From the sequence record KP085586: a stretch of 50,109 nt of DNA. One strand, written 5' to 3'. The stretch is from Shigella phage pSf-2. Shown in pieces: positions 18,101 to 27,493 of the stretch (the first letter of the stretch is position 1; every line of letters starts with the position of its first letter). Position numbers and translations under genes: made by a program. The notes under the pieces are model-generated. The model was given only the letters and a program-made list of their open reading frames with translations. It ran no database searches and was not told the origin of the DNA.

Positions 18101-18552
18101 TCAACCGCTTGCTGCACCTCGTACTCAACTCGAACGCCGTTTTTATCACCATTGCTTTCAATTCGTACACCTCGAGGCATAAACATTTTGATGCGTATTG
18201 CCGATAGTGTTTTATTGGTTACTGAGATCGTGTATGGGTTATCGGTAGTAACCTCACGATTTACAGTTACCTCACTTGAGCTATCTTCCATGCCCTTGAT
18301 GTATTCCTGCGTCTGAGTTCCCGGCCTGAACTCAGCCCTTACCCCTTCGAAGTTGAATGATCCATCCTCGTTTTGCACCGGAACTGAGTTAAACATCAAC
18401 TGCTTTAGGCTGAATGTTTCGTCAATTTCACCATCAGATACAGCTAACAGGATCTTGATTTTGTTGATTGAGATTAGATTGTCCTCCATCTCAACTGGGT
18501 TATGAGGCTTCTGTGACCCACCTTTAGATCCGCTTATCACTTTTTTAATCAT
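15103..18552 (-). CDS. host specificity / central tail fibre protein (lambda J-like)
   Basis: 1149 aa, last gene of I-K-L-M tail-tip cluster, FN3-like segment, beta-rich C-terminus. Confidence 0.85.
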   Translation of the reverse strand: MIKKVISGSKGGSQKPHNPVEMEDNLISINKIKILLAVSDGEIDETFSLKQLMFNSVPVQNEDGSFNFEGVRAEFRPGTQTQEYIKGMEDSSSEVTVNREVTTDNPYTISVTNKTLSAIRIKMFMPRGVRIESNGDKNGVRVEYEVQQAVDGGSFETVLTDVIEGKTMSGYDRSRRVNLPNFNNQVIFRVVRKTPDSNDSNVVDAIQVRSYAEVIDAKFRYPLTGLLFVEFDSKMFPNQLPTISIRKRWKIVSVPSNYDPESRTYNGNWDGTFKKAWTNNPAWVLYDLMINQRYGLDQKELGIAVDKWALYEAAQYCDQMVPDGKGGTEPRYLCDVIIQSQTDAYKVIRDICSIFRGMSFWNGESISVIIDRPREPAYIFTNDNVVNGDFSYTFASEKSMYTTCNVMFDDEQNMYQQDVEPVFDREATLRFGNNVTSITAIGCTRRSEANRRGRWILKTNLRSTTVNFATGLEGMIPTIGDVVAIADNFWSSNLTMNLSGRLLEVSGSQIFLPFRVDARAGDFIIVNKPDGKPVKRTISSVSADGKTIEVNIGFGFPVKPNTVFAIDRTDIALQQYVVTKIDKGDDDEEFTYKITAVEYDPNKYDEIDYGVNIDDRPTSIVEPDQIPRPENVQVSSESRIVQGMSVETMIVSWDKVPYAVFYDVQWRKDNGNWQNVPQTANKEVYVEGIYAGNYQVRVRSVAGSGTTSGWSNIVAATLTGKQGEPGRPINLTATDDVVFGIRTKWGFSDGSGDTAYTELQQSPDGTVDNASLLSLIPYPQHEYYHSPMPGGNIVWYRVRTVDRIGNASQWTDFVRGMASTNVDDIIGEISVDIENSPGYEWLVDNATDNAAQNAANAEAAIENALANDKDAIYMKKENGKRKAEYTKSLKLIADETEARVTAVEQLRASFGDQISASNSELREVIATETGALSREIDQLRAEIGDDIQASLTDIREAIANETEARTQADLSLSARLGNNEAALSQKLDSWSNADSTGAMYGVKLGLKYNGQEYSAGMAMSLIGSGAVVKAQILFEASRFAIMTGMNGQTQYPFVVENGQVILSSAIIKDGFITNAMIGNWIQSNNWDGNNGWAINKNGDASFMNATVRGRIYANNGEFAFNGTNNTVQINNNGITVNLPNGGRVVVGVW

Positions 18553-18598
18553 GATGTTTACCTTTTTGTGCTATTTATCTGTGGACTCATTATACAGG

Positions 18599-18626
18599 CG
18601 AAAAAAAACCCGCGCAAGGCGGGTTA
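18599..18626 (-). terminator. intra-operon terminator/attenuator between I-like and J-like genes
   Basis: acccgc-gcaag-gcgggt hairpin followed on minus strand by T8; same stem-loop as at 20788. Confidence 0.5.
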
Positions 18627-18629
18627 ATT

Positions 18630-19229
18630 TTAACTCATATCCTCGGCATAAGAACCTGCTGAGAAAGTTGCGCCACCTCCGGCGCGATATCCATACGGGA
18701 CCGGGAGAGGGTATCCCGCCGCCGTCGTATTGACAGCACCGCCGAACGCGTACGAAGGTTTATTCTTGCTTGATTGAACTTCAAAGTTTGCGCCACCCGG
18801 CTGCGGTGAAATCATCTGCATTACGCCGCCCAGCACCATAGCGCCGCCCATCATAAACAGAGACGAGGACATTGTGCCCATTAAAGCCAGAGACGCGCCG
18901 CCAGTATAGAATGCTGCAACCATTATTGCCGCGCCCAATACAACCTGGAATAGACCTCCCGTCTTAGAACCAGTGGGGATCGGTACGATTCTTATCTCTT
19001 TCGCGCACTTGAATTTTTCCTCTTCATGGTGTCCCACGTTAACGCCATCCACAAATATTGCAAACTTGCTACGTGATCCGACTTCACTCTGCATGTATTC
19101 TTTAAACCCGTCCACCTGACTGGATAGCGCACGGATAGCTTCCGGGTAAGAGTCAACAGCAAATCGGTGAAAGACGCCAAAGCGCCTTCCAAGTGAACCT
19201 GATAATTTGATTACTTTTACATCATTCAT
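18630..19229 (-). CDS. tail assembly protein (lambda I-like)
   Basis: 199 aa between K-like and J-like genes; Gly-rich hydrophobic C-terminus. Confidence 0.7.
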   Translation of the reverse strand: MNDVKVIKLSGSLGRRFGVFHRFAVDSYPEAIRALSSQVDGFKEYMQSEVGSRSKFAIFVDGVNVGHHEEEKFKCAKEIRIVPIPTGSKTGGLFQVVLGAAIMVAAFYTGGASLALMGTMSSSLFMMGGAMVLGGVMQMISPQPGGANFEVQSSKNKPSYAFGGAVNTTAAGYPLPVPYGYRAGGGATFSAGSYAEDMS

Positions 19230-19993
19230 AATTTGAGATCCTTATGGCGAACAATTAAAACAGTGTGTTCCTGATACCAGCCTGAATAAATATCACGTCG
19301 CGACAGCTTACCGAAGGCGTGATGCAAGATCTGATTATCACCCAGGTAAATCCCTGCGTGATTCCATACCGGAACATTTTGCCCTATTTGCATGATTACC
19401 ATATCACCAAATGAAGGCTGATTCTGATCTGGAATCTCAACGAATCCATCTTGCTTGTAATAATCCTGATAGAGATTTATTCCATACTCCGGTTTCCACC
19501 ATTCAAAATTCAATCGCCGATCGCGTAATTCTACGCCGTGCTCTTTGTGCCACGCCATAACAAGACCGTAACAGTCGAATGATCCTAATGACCACGGACG
19601 ACCAATCAGAGGTAATTTCTCCGGCTTCACAAATCGCATATCTCCTTCCGGCACGCTAACAATAATCCAGGTAACTTCCATCTCGTTGCACATGCACGTA
19701 TCGTGAGCGCTTGGTAGAGTTGTAGCCCCATCTCCGGTGTGGCTGTGAACAATTGCGATCGTAGTTGATTCCGAATCGTCCTCAATACATGCGTATTGCA
19801 CTGCGTCCATCATGAAGTGATTTTCAGGATCACGGTGTACATTATCAACGCGATGGTATTTTTGCACGCGGCCCTTTTGGGTGACTACCCCGCAGCATTC
19901 GCGGGGGTATTCTTCCTGAGCGTGAGTCATAATTTCAAGTTTAATTTTTGCACTAATCATTGATTTTTCCTCTGTAGTGAAGCGACAGCGCAA
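19226..19993 (-). CDS. tail assembly protein (lambda K-like; MPN/JAB plus NlpC/P60-like domains)
   Basis: HSHTG metal-binding motif and Cys/His residues; position after L-like gene. Confidence 0.8.
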   Translation of the reverse strand: MRCRFTTEEKSMISAKIKLEIMTHAQEEYPRECCGVVTQKGRVQKYHRVDNVHRDPENHFMMDAVQYACIEDDSESTTIAIVHSHTGDGATTLPSAHDTCMCNEMEVTWIIVSVPEGDMRFVKPEKLPLIGRPWSLGSFDCYGLVMAWHKEHGVELRDRRLNFEWWKPEYGINLYQDYYKQDGFVEIPDQNQPSFGDMVIMQIGQNVPVWNHAGIYLGDNQILHHAFGKLSRRDIYSGWYQEHTVLIVRHKDLKL

Positions 19994-20739
19994 CCGCCAA
20001 AATCCAATTCATTGTTTGCACCGAATCTCAGGCGGCAGGCCGTTACTGTTCCTGGGCAAAAATCCAGCGAAGGATCGTCTACCGGATTATTGTCTTTATC
20101 GAAGTAACCATTTTGCCCGTTGTATCCGCACCCTTTCCCGGTTTTATACCATCCCCTCTGCGCCCAATAGCAGACACTTTGTGTGAGTCTGGACGGGATC
20201 ATGATGCCGTCCATATCGTAAGGTGACGTTAGATCGAACCGCGCAATGCTTTTATCAACATAGTTCGGACGCTCGATATAGTATACCAGTTTGCGGTAAG
20301 CTCCGTCAGCGATTGAGCCATCAGATTGAATCAAGTCCTTTTGAGTTATCCAGATTGTCACCTTCGCCTGCATCAATCCGTTATATGCGCGAATCATTGC
20401 AGACACTCGACTGTCAATGTTTGCCACTGTCAATTGTGGCTTTGTGGCCTTGCCGGAACTGTCGAACGAGATCCCGGATATACCGAAAGGTCGCGCGCCG
20501 TATTGCTCGCCACGGAAGGTGATTTCTTTCGGCGGTAGCGTTCCGGTTTGCTGGGCCTGCATGATTTCTTCTGGAGTGTACTGGATATTCTCACCGTGGA
20601 ATCGGTACACCTGAGCGCCGAACTTACTACCATCAACTTCAATGAGAGTGATTATCTCTCCCGGATATAGTGATTGAAGGCAGTTGTGAAACAGGCTCTT
20701 TCCGCTTTCTTCATCATAAAGTTTTTTGTTTTCGCTCAT
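19957..20739 (-). CDS. minor tail protein (lambda L-like)
   Basis: 260 aa between M-like and K-like genes; C-terminal Cys cluster. Confidence 0.8.
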   Translation of the reverse strand: MSENKKLYDEESGKSLFHNCLQSLYPGEIITLIEVDGSKFGAQVYRFHGENIQYTPEEIMQAQQTGTLPPKEITFRGEQYGARPFGISGISFDSSGKATKPQLTVANIDSRVSAMIRAYNGLMQAKVTIWITQKDLIQSDGSIADGAYRKLVYYIERPNYVDKSIARFDLTSPYDMDGIMIPSRLTQSVCYWAQRGWYKTGKGCGYNGQNGYFDKDNNPVDDPSLDFCPGTVTACRLRFGANNELDFGGCAVASLQRKNQ

Positions 20740-20779
20740 TTATTTTTCCTCTTGTTTACCTGCAACCATTCTACAGCTA

Positions 20780-20810
20780 CAAAAAAACCCGCGCAAGGCG
20801 GGCTTTTGTT
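20780..20810. terminator. terminator-like hairpin between M-like and L-like genes
   Basis: cccgc-gcaag-gcggg stem-loop flanked by A7 and T-run; near-identical to hairpin at 18608. Confidence 0.5.
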
Positions 20811-20818
20811 ATATGGCG

Positions 20819-21172
20819 TTACTCCATAGATGTAAACTGCTCCATAAACGTAACGTTAATTTCCATCACGTCGCGTGATACTGGCTTAGCTCCCAGGCTG
20901 TTAGGCTTTACAACCCATATTCCGATCTTCCCGTCCGGCGGCGTCCATGCGAACGGTTTAATTCTGTGAGAATCGCAGAAGTTGTAAACAGCCATGAAAT
21001 CCTCACCAGCGTAGACAATCGAATACTCGCGTCTCGTGGTGTTGAATCCAGAAGATGCAAGCTGCATGTAGCCGTTGCCAAACTGTATGGATCTGTCATT
21101 ATTGGTAGTGGTAAGGGAGCCGCCGCCCCCTTGAACCTGCGTACACCAACCGAAAGTGTCAAGTGCAGCCAT
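20819..21172 (-). CDS. minor tail protein (lambda M-like)
   Basis: FGNGYMQ...YS...WTPP pattern matching lambda gpM; directly downstream of tape measure. Confidence 0.85.
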   Translation of the reverse strand: MAALDTFGWCTQVQGGGGSLTTTNNDRSIQFGNGYMQLASSGFNTTRREYSIVYAGEDFMAVYNFCDSHRIKPFAWTPPDGKIGIWVVKPNSLGAKPVSRDVMEINVTFMEQFTSME

Positions 21173-21239
21173 TATTAGCCTCCTGTTTTTTCCTGAATGT
21201 AATTGTAAACCTCACCGCCCTGTGAACAAGACTCTCGAA

Positions 21240-24047
21240 TCATTTTTTGAACATCATTTCTACGCCCTGAGAAATTCCTCTCGGATCTGAACCGTTGTCA
21301 ACTTTAACCTCCATACCCCTAACATCAACGACCGTCCCGCCTGCTGATTGGTTCACTGCCTTCGGTGCGGATTTAGATGCGTTAAATCCAGATGTTGCAA
21401 CACTACCCGCAGCGGCAGCAAGCGAGGTAACAGCGACGCCTGAAGATAAAGACCTAAAACCAGAGACGGCAGGCGTAGGAGTTTCCTGTGATACCGCAGA
21501 AGCACCAGGCGACACCCCTCCAGCAAAGCTCCACGTCTTACCGCCCATCATGCCTGAGATCGTATTGAAGATTACCATTTGAGCAATCATCTTGATAATC
21601 ATGCTAATGATGTTTTTCGCAAAGTCCTCAAAATTTGCCTTACCTGTAGTCAGGAATTGGGTCATCATGTCACTCATTCCGTTAAGTGAACTTGACGCGA
21701 TATCATACACGTTGCCGTACATATCCATTGCAGAATCGCCGTAATCTGCAAATGCACTTTCAGCACCTGCTAACCAGTCAGAACGCTTGGCATCTTCCGC
21801 AGCATAGTAATCATTTTGTGCCTTGATCATGTTCTGGAGTTTTTCATCTCCTTCGCTGCCACCTGCATTAATATAATCAGTAGTGATCTTAGCCAACTCA
21901 GCTTGTCTTTCCATTTCTCGGGTGCTCATCCCTCGAGACGCGTTTAGCTGTTCTGTAGCTGCCGTCAAATCATTGACAAATTTCAGTGATTTATCGGTAA
22001 GAGCGTTCAGCTGCTGCTGCTTAACAATCTGATCGCCAATCTCAGCCTTTTGTTTCGCAAGCTCTAAAACCTTCTCTTGGTTTGCAAGTAGTGCTTTTTC
22101 TTCCGCAGATAGCTGACGCTTAGAACTAGCTTCTCGAAGAACAGCAATTGTAGCCTCAGTCGTAAACAGCGCCTTTCTCTGTGCTGATATTTTTTGCCCG
22201 ATCTCCTTGTGCTCCTGCAAAACCTTAAGCTGCGCTTTGAGTGAAATTAACTCCTTATCGAATTGCTCTGTAGGTGAGCGTAAAATTTTCGACTGCTTAT
22301 TTCGTTCACGGTTTCGCTTTTCGATCTCTTTAGCTTCTTCCTTGATAGCGTCCTTAGTTTCCTGGCTATACTGCTTTTCAAGAGTACGGCGCTGCTTCAT
22401 TGCTTCAATGTATCCCATCTCACCTTTTTCAACACGGGCGTTAATGGCATCAAGCTCTGAAGCTAACTGATCGTAGTTGTCACGAGAACTTTTTACAATA
22501 TTCTCCTGTTCCTTTAGTACATCAGCACCAAAATCACTCATGCCAGGCAGGGACTGTGTAGCCTTAATTGCAGATGCGATAAAGTTTGAGATGTACTCAT
22601 CACCCTTAGCAAGAATCATTTTCACCTGAATTACTGTACCTTGAACTACGTCAATAATCAGGTTTAACGCTCCGAGCGTATGATCCCCAACCCATCCCCA
22701 CGCATCAGAAGCCCACTGCTTAATATCGTTCCACATTTTTTCAAGAGGTGTGGCATTGTCTGCGATCGACTTCATTCGTTTTTCCATTACATCGGCGAAT
22801 AATTTCGTGGCTTCAGACACTGCCTCCGTTTCACCCTTAGTACGGCTTAGAGTATCGATGTATGTCAGCTGTCCTTTTTCTAAAAAATTGTATTGCTCGT
22901 TAAGTTTAGCTAAACCCTTTACAGGATCGCTTGCGATTTTATCGAACTCAGCGATGATTTTACTTGCTGATTTTCCGGTTGCTGTCGACCACTCAGCGGT
23001 AGCTTTTGTGATGTTCTGAATCTGCTCTCGCGTATACTTCCCCGTACTGGCAAGTTCAGTAACAATATCACGAATACTTCCAACGGTTGAGTTACTTGTC
23101 TGCGCAACCTTTTTAGCAACCAAATCAAGATCATCAGCCGTAACTCCAGCATAACCTCCAGTCTCAATAAGTGCATTCTGCATATCAGTTATTGACTTGT
23201 AAGAGTCATAACCAGCTTTCGCAAGAAGACCTAAAGAACCGACAAGAACACCAACGCCAACTGTGACCGGATTAATATAACTTAGCAATACCTTAAACGT
23301 ATTCCCGATCCCGCCGAACGAGTCCTTGATTTGACCGCCTTGCTGGATGGCAACCATCCAAACTGGCATACCGGACGCAAGAGATGTAACGACGTCGGTA
23401 ATCTGTGCAGGAAGCATTCGCATTGCCTGCCTATATTGCCCTGCGCTAATACCTGCGGCATTCATGGCTCGACCCTGTTCTTTCAGTTTTGCGATCAGGG
23501 GCGCTGCTTCATTTGATAGTCCAAGCTGAGCCGCTTTCAGTTCCATTAACTCTGCGTGAGTTTTGCCAATGGCGTTAACCTGACTATTCAGGGAATCCAT
23601 GAACGCTTTGTTTTTCGCTGCCGCCTGCTCTTTTGCTTTCGCCTCCTGCAATGCTGCCTGACCTTCTTCTGTAAGCATGGCCCGGCTGCGAGCAAGTTTT
23701 GCGTTTTGCATATCCAGCATTTCACCTAACCGGAAAAATGTTTCATCTGGAACGACGCCCTTTTGCCAGAGCTTGTCAAGCTGCTGAGATGCAATCTTCA
23801 GCCTTTCCATTTTTGATACTGTAGGATCGATTGCCTTTTCTACAGCCTCGTACTCTTTTCGCTGGCGCTTAAGTTGCTCAGCGTGTTCTTTAGCCTTCTG
23901 TTTTGCAACCTCAGCCTCATTGATTAAAGACCCCATAGAGTCAGCGGCTTGGTCGTTAGCTTTTGAAAACTCTTTCAATGACTTGACGGCGCGCTCCACT
24001 GTCGACACATCAACGTCAAGCGATAGACCTGCTACCTTATCAACCAT
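21240..24047 (-). CDS. tail tape measure protein
   Basis: 935 aa, coiled-coil rich, Gly/Ser C-terminal region, between chaperones and M-like gene. Confidence 0.85.
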
Positions 24048-24062
24048 ATAACCCCCTTATAT

Positions 24063-24086
24063 ACAAAAAAACCGCCAAACGGCGGC
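24063..24086 (-). terminator. terminator/attenuator hairpin
   Basis: ccgcc-gttt-ggcgg followed by T7 on minus strand, overlapping stop of 24087 ORF. Confidence 0.45.
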
Positions 24087-24413
24087 TTAGTTATTCTGCT
24101 TAGCAATCATTTCGAGCGCTTTCGCTTCCATGATCCTAACGTCCTGCAATGCCAGTTCTTCATCCTCTATTTTATAGATTTTAAACAACATAGGCAAAAC
24201 ATTATAATCAAGACCGTAAGCGCCAGCGCCTGAACTTCTCCACTGAGTGAGCATTGATGTAAAAACATTCCAAGCCTTCAACATTTCAGCGTCGCCAATT
24301 ATCGTTTCCGGTTCCTCGTCTTCATAGTCAGAAAGACTTAAACCAACCGATCGCAATTGTTCCTCTGTTGGCGGCTTCTGATATAACAGATAGACCGCCT
24401 TTTTTAGTTTTTT
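24087..24413 (-). CDS. T-like extension of tail assembly chaperone, expressed by -1 frameshift from 24404..24721
   Basis: -1 frame is open from the slippery heptamer to stop at 24087; no ATG (track start is TTG); position before tape measure. Confidence 0.6.
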   Translation of the reverse strand, partial: KKLKKAVYLLYQKPPTEEQLRSVGLSLSDYEDEEPETIIGDAEMLKAWNVFTSMLTQWRSSGAGAYGLDYNVLPMLFKIYKIEDEELALQDVRIMEAKALEMIAKQNN

Positions 24414-24721
24414 GCGCGGTGTCCGGCAAGCGCCTTGATGTAAGTCGCTGTCAGGTTGTACGCTGCGGAAGGATAATACTGAACCAGTTTTCGTGAATTT
24501 TCTTCGTTAAATTCTTCTTCAAGGTTCCATCCTGACGCGATCTTGGTAATGAACTCGCTGTCGTTCATTTCTCCCTGGTTAGCATACATGTCCTGAACTT
24601 CTTTACTGGAAAGGTGTCGCACAGTGAAAATGATCGTTGCATCTTCACCGTTAGGCATGGTGAAGGTAACTGGAAGTTTGAAGTCTGGAAGTTGACCAAG
24701 AACGAAATTAAATTTAGCCAT
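24404..24721 (-). CDS. tail assembly chaperone (lambda G-like)
   Basis: 105 aa, acidic; ends GCA AAA AAC TAA so a slippery heptamer precedes the stop. Confidence 0.65.
   Translation of the reverse strand: MAKFNFVLGQLPDFKLPVTFTMPNGEDATIIFTVRHLSSKEVQDMYANQGEMNDSEFITKIASGWNLEEEFNEENSRKLVQYYPSAAYNLTATYIKALAGHRAKN
24407..24413 (-). other. -1 programmed frameshift slippery heptamer A AAA AAC
   Basis: X XXY YYZ heptamer in zero frame of G-like ORF immediately before its stop. Confidence 0.6.
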
Positions 24722-24742
24722 GATATTTCTCCTGATTGGTTA

Positions 24743-24760
24743 ATAGCACTTTTTGTTAAA
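24743..24760 (+). promoter_or_regulatory. 18-bp dyad motif copy (atagcactttttgttaaa), opposite orientation to flanking late genes
   Basis: 21 nt upstream of G-like start 24721 on other strand; followed by accaatcaggag leader. Confidence 0.55.
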
Positions 24761-24792
24761 AGCAAAGAGTGCAAAGTTGATACGATGATTTT

Positions 24793-24823
24793 ACAGAAAT
24801 GAAGAAGGGGGCGCAAGCCCCCT
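24793..24823 (-). terminator. terminator-like hairpin after major tail gene
   Basis: aggggg-cgcaag-ccccct hairpin, modest T-rich tract. Confidence 0.35.
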
Positions 24824-24834
24824 GTGGATATGAT

Positions 24835-25503
24835 TTAGGCACCAGGTGATGCCAGAGCGGATGAAACGAAAGTGAAATCACCCTTCAGGGATACGGCGAG
24901 TTGTACCGTTTCCATTTCGTTTACTTGCGTAGATGGAATGTCGTTAAAAGACAAGATACCAGCCCACATGCGCATCTCGTTCGCTTTTGGAACATACATC
25001 CGAACCGCAGTTACCTGACCAGAAGAATCCAGCTTACGCAGAATAGGATAGATAGGGTTATCAAATTCGTGCGCGAAGGTGTACGTTAGCGAGATTGCAG
25101 ACTTAAACGTCGGGATCTGCTGCTCTTTATCGTCAGACAAACACTGATAAGTGTAATACTGCTGCTCGCCGCCGTCCTGACCAATCTCCTGTACGCAAGG
25201 GATCTCAGTCCAGCCAGTAATTTTTGCAAAGCTCATTGTACCGCCAGCCGGGAAAACAAGAGCATCAGTAGTGTCAATCCCAGCAAGAGTAATGCTTGTT
25301 TCTTGGGCGTCAGTAACAATTAGTACTCGACTAACCATCTTAGCCCAAGTTGACTGAGTTACAATAACGTAATCACCTTTCGCCAAGTCGCCCTTAGATG
25401 CAACTGTAGCAACAGGATTTTTTGCGTTAGTGACAGCGGTCGCCTCGATCTCTTCTCCGCGAGAGGTTTCCACGAAAATTTGCGCGCCATTTGGTAAGTG
25501 CAT
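24835..25503 (-). CDS. major tail protein
   Basis: 222 aa, beta-rich, directly upstream of chaperone pair. Confidence 0.55.
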   Translation of the reverse strand: MHLPNGAQIFVETSRGEEIEATAVTNAKNPVATVASKGDLAKGDYVIVTQSTWAKMVSRVLIVTDAQETSITLAGIDTTDALVFPAGGTMSFAKITGWTEIPCVQEIGQDGGEQQYYTYQCLSDDKEQQIPTFKSAISLTYTFAHEFDNPIYPILRKLDSSGQVTAVRMYVPKANEMRMWAGILSFNDIPSTQVNEMETVQLAVSLKGDFTFVSSALASPGA

Positions 25504-25504
25504 A

Positions 25505-25903
25505 TTAAGTCTCCTTTGTGTCTACTCGTACTGTAAAGCGAACCGGAATCATCCACCCGCTTTCGTGTTTAACAATTTGATGCACGATTGCACCCTCGAA
25601 AATATAACCAACGTTAAGCATTTTACCATCTTTGAAAAAATCAGCAATCTCTTTTGCTTTCAATCTTGCCTCGTCAACCCCTGATCCTGGAGGGAAAACC
25701 ACTCCAATTTGCACGATAGCAATGTAAGACTTGCATTTTCTGTCAATGGATAGATAACGTGTATCGCCTTCTATGTAATTAAATCTAAGCCACATACCGC
25801 CATCCTTCGGTGGTGTGAAGTTGCGGTTTTCCATGTAGTGAGGAAAATCTCTGTACTTTGACAGAAATGCGGCTCTAGCCGCCGCTGATAACTCATAGTG
25901 CAT
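25505..25903 (-). CDS. tail terminator / tail completion protein candidate
   Basis: 132 aa, position between head-tail joining genes and major tail. Confidence 0.4.
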   Translation of the reverse strand: MHYELSAAARAAFLSKYRDFPHYMENRNFTPPKDGGMWLRFNYIEGDTRYLSIDRKCKSYIAIVQIGVVFPPGSGVDEARLKAKEIADFFKDGKMLNVGYIFEGAIVHQIVKHESGWMIPVRFTVRVDTKET

Positions 25904-26336
25904 TTTGTTGTCTCCTTGCTTGCTTTATTGCACCAGACATATACGATCGCAGCCTCAACGCCACCAATCCTACTACGCCGCTTGGCGCTTGCTGTGAGTG
26001 ACCGTATTCAAGGGCGTTTGCATAAATTAACATATTTGAAAAGTGAACTGAGGTTATCGCGCCTCCACGGCTGAACATGCCATAAGTTTTGGCCTGTTCC
26101 TCACCTCTGACGACACCGCCAGTTTTATCGTATCGGTTTAATGCGTGGTTAGGGATTTCGTTAAAAGTTATCTGCCAGTTACCTTTAAATCTCCCTGTGT
26201 CGACAGGAGAACGGCTAACGAGCGCATCATGAACATCCCTCACGAATATCTCAATGGCATGTTCTAACGTGCTTTCAGCGGCCTTAATCCACGCATCAAT
26301 ATCGCCTTGAAATCTACGAATCTGATAATTAGCCAC
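25893..26336 (-). CDS. head-tail joining protein candidate
   Basis: 147 aa, synteny only. Confidence 0.4.
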   Translation of the reverse strand: MANYQIRRFQGDIDAWIKAAESTLEHAIEIFVRDVHDALVSRSPVDTGRFKGNWQITFNEIPNHALNRYDKTGGVVRGEEQAKTYGMFSRGGAITSVHFSNMLIYANALEYGHSQQAPSGVVGLVALRLRSYMSGAIKQARRQQNAL

Positions 26337-26709
26337 CGACTGATACCCTCCGCAATACTGGACGATAGGCGACAGGTTCTAATGACGCCTGAACCGGGCG
26401 AGCGTCAACTACAACATGACGAACACCGTCAATCTCTATATAGTCGCCTTCGTTTATTTCATGATCATTATTGAAGATCCCCAAAAGGTCGGAGGCGCGT
26501 ATTGTTTCTCCGTCAACCTCCCGAGAATTTGGTCTGCGAGTGGCTCCAGATATTGGAATAACCTGTTCCATCGGTGGAATCTCGAATCCGTTTTCATCAT
26601 ATCCGTATTCACCTTGCTTTATCAGGTTCATAGGTCTTGACGGATCGGTGAAGAAAGCCACACCTTTGCGAGCCATCCTTTCAATCTGTGAGTAGTTCAT
26701 TAGTGGCAT
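26329..26709 (-). CDS. head-tail adaptor / head closure protein candidate
   Basis: 126 aa, synteny only. Confidence 0.4.
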   Translation of the reverse strand: MPLMNYSQIERMARKGVAFFTDPSRPMNLIKQGEYGYDENGFEIPPMEQVIPISGATRRPNSREVDGETIRASDLLGIFNNDHEINEGDYIEIDGVRHVVVDARPVQASLEPVAYRPVLRRVSVGG

Positions 26710-27110
26710 CCTCCACGGAGTCCTGTCATTAATGCGAATCGACCACGGCGTCGCGCTTTAAGCTGTTCGAACATCTTACCCCACGGCGTCGAAAGCATCA
26801 TGTTCCCTGACTGGTTCTTTGTAACCTCTCCGAAAGTCTGGCTAAATTCACCGCTCAGGGAGAATGACGTAACTCGTCGTGAGTACGATTCCAGATCCTC
26901 ATCTTCACCTTTTAGCGCCCCGTCAAGGAAAGCAAGGTGCAATGCATAAAGAGCGAGCGCTTTTACGTATGCGTCTTTAAAGGTCTTCTGGCATACAAAA
27001 AGCTCAGCCATTTCTACCCACGCATAAAGCGTTTCGTCTGGAACCTTACGAAGTGCCGGAACCAGCTTTCGCATTTGCTCAACAACTGCAATTAAAGTTT
27101 CTTGATTCAT
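26700..27110 (-). CDS. head-tail connector protein candidate
   Basis: 136 aa, helical, synteny only. Confidence 0.4.
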   Translation of the reverse strand: MNQETLIAVVEQMRKLVPALRKVPDETLYAWVEMAELFVCQKTFKDAYVKALALYALHLAFLDGALKGEDEDLESYSRRVTSFSLSGEFSQTFGEVTKNQSGNMMLSTPWGKMFEQLKARRRGRFALMTGLRGGCH

Positions 27111-27121
27111 AATTTACCACC

Positions 27122-27148
27122 ATAAAAAAAAGGCGCTACATGAGCGCC
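27122..27148 (-). terminator. terminator-like hairpin
   Basis: aggcgct-acatg-agcgcct followed by T8 on minus strand. Confidence 0.45.
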
Positions 27149-27155
27149 TTGATGA

Positions 27156-27443
27156 TTAATATTCGCCGCCGTCCTCAAGCTCTTTAACGCTTTTGCTATC
27201 CCACGGATCTGGCTTAGTGATCTTTGCCATTTCAGCGCGGATTTTGCGGTTGGTTGCACTGTCGTCTTTAACTTCGATTTCTTCGCGAGCAATTAAGCAA
27301 CGCAGGCCAGGCAAATCAAGAACGGACGCCGGAAGCGTGACCTCTTTATCTGGAAGAACTTTAGCAAAGGAACCATCTTCAAGACGGAACATCTGAAGAG
27401 CTACACCAACGTTTACGATAACAACAGTTTTTTCTTTAGCCAT
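27156..27443 (-). CDS. hypothetical structural-module protein
   Basis: 95 aa, ggaga SD. Confidence 0.4.
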   Translation of the reverse strand: MAKEKTVVIVNVGVALQMFRLEDGSFAKVLPDKEVTLPASVLDLPGLRCLIAREEIEVKDDSATNRKIRAEMAKITKPDPWDSKSVKELEDGGEY

Positions 27444-27458
27444 TTTGATTTCTCCAAT

Positions 27459-27488
27459 AAAAAAAGGGACTAACTAAGTTAGCCCCTA
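27459..27488 (-). terminator. Rho-independent terminator after major capsid gene
   Basis: About 9-bp stem gggactaac/gttagcccc, T7 on minus strand. Confidence 0.55.
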
Positions 27489-27493
27489 TAATA

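Noticed and set aside
19977-20969. Cluster of 60-100 aa ORFs on both strands over the L-like gene and terminator
   Set aside because: Overlap a well-supported tail gene; Arg/Cys/Ser-rich junk composition.
21295-23529. Short ORFs inside the tape measure gene
   Set aside because: Antisense or off-frame shadows of a 935-codon CDS.
27107-27292. 61-aa minus-strand ORF overlapping 27156..27443
   Set aside because: Different frame from a better-supported ORF and spans the terminator hairpin.
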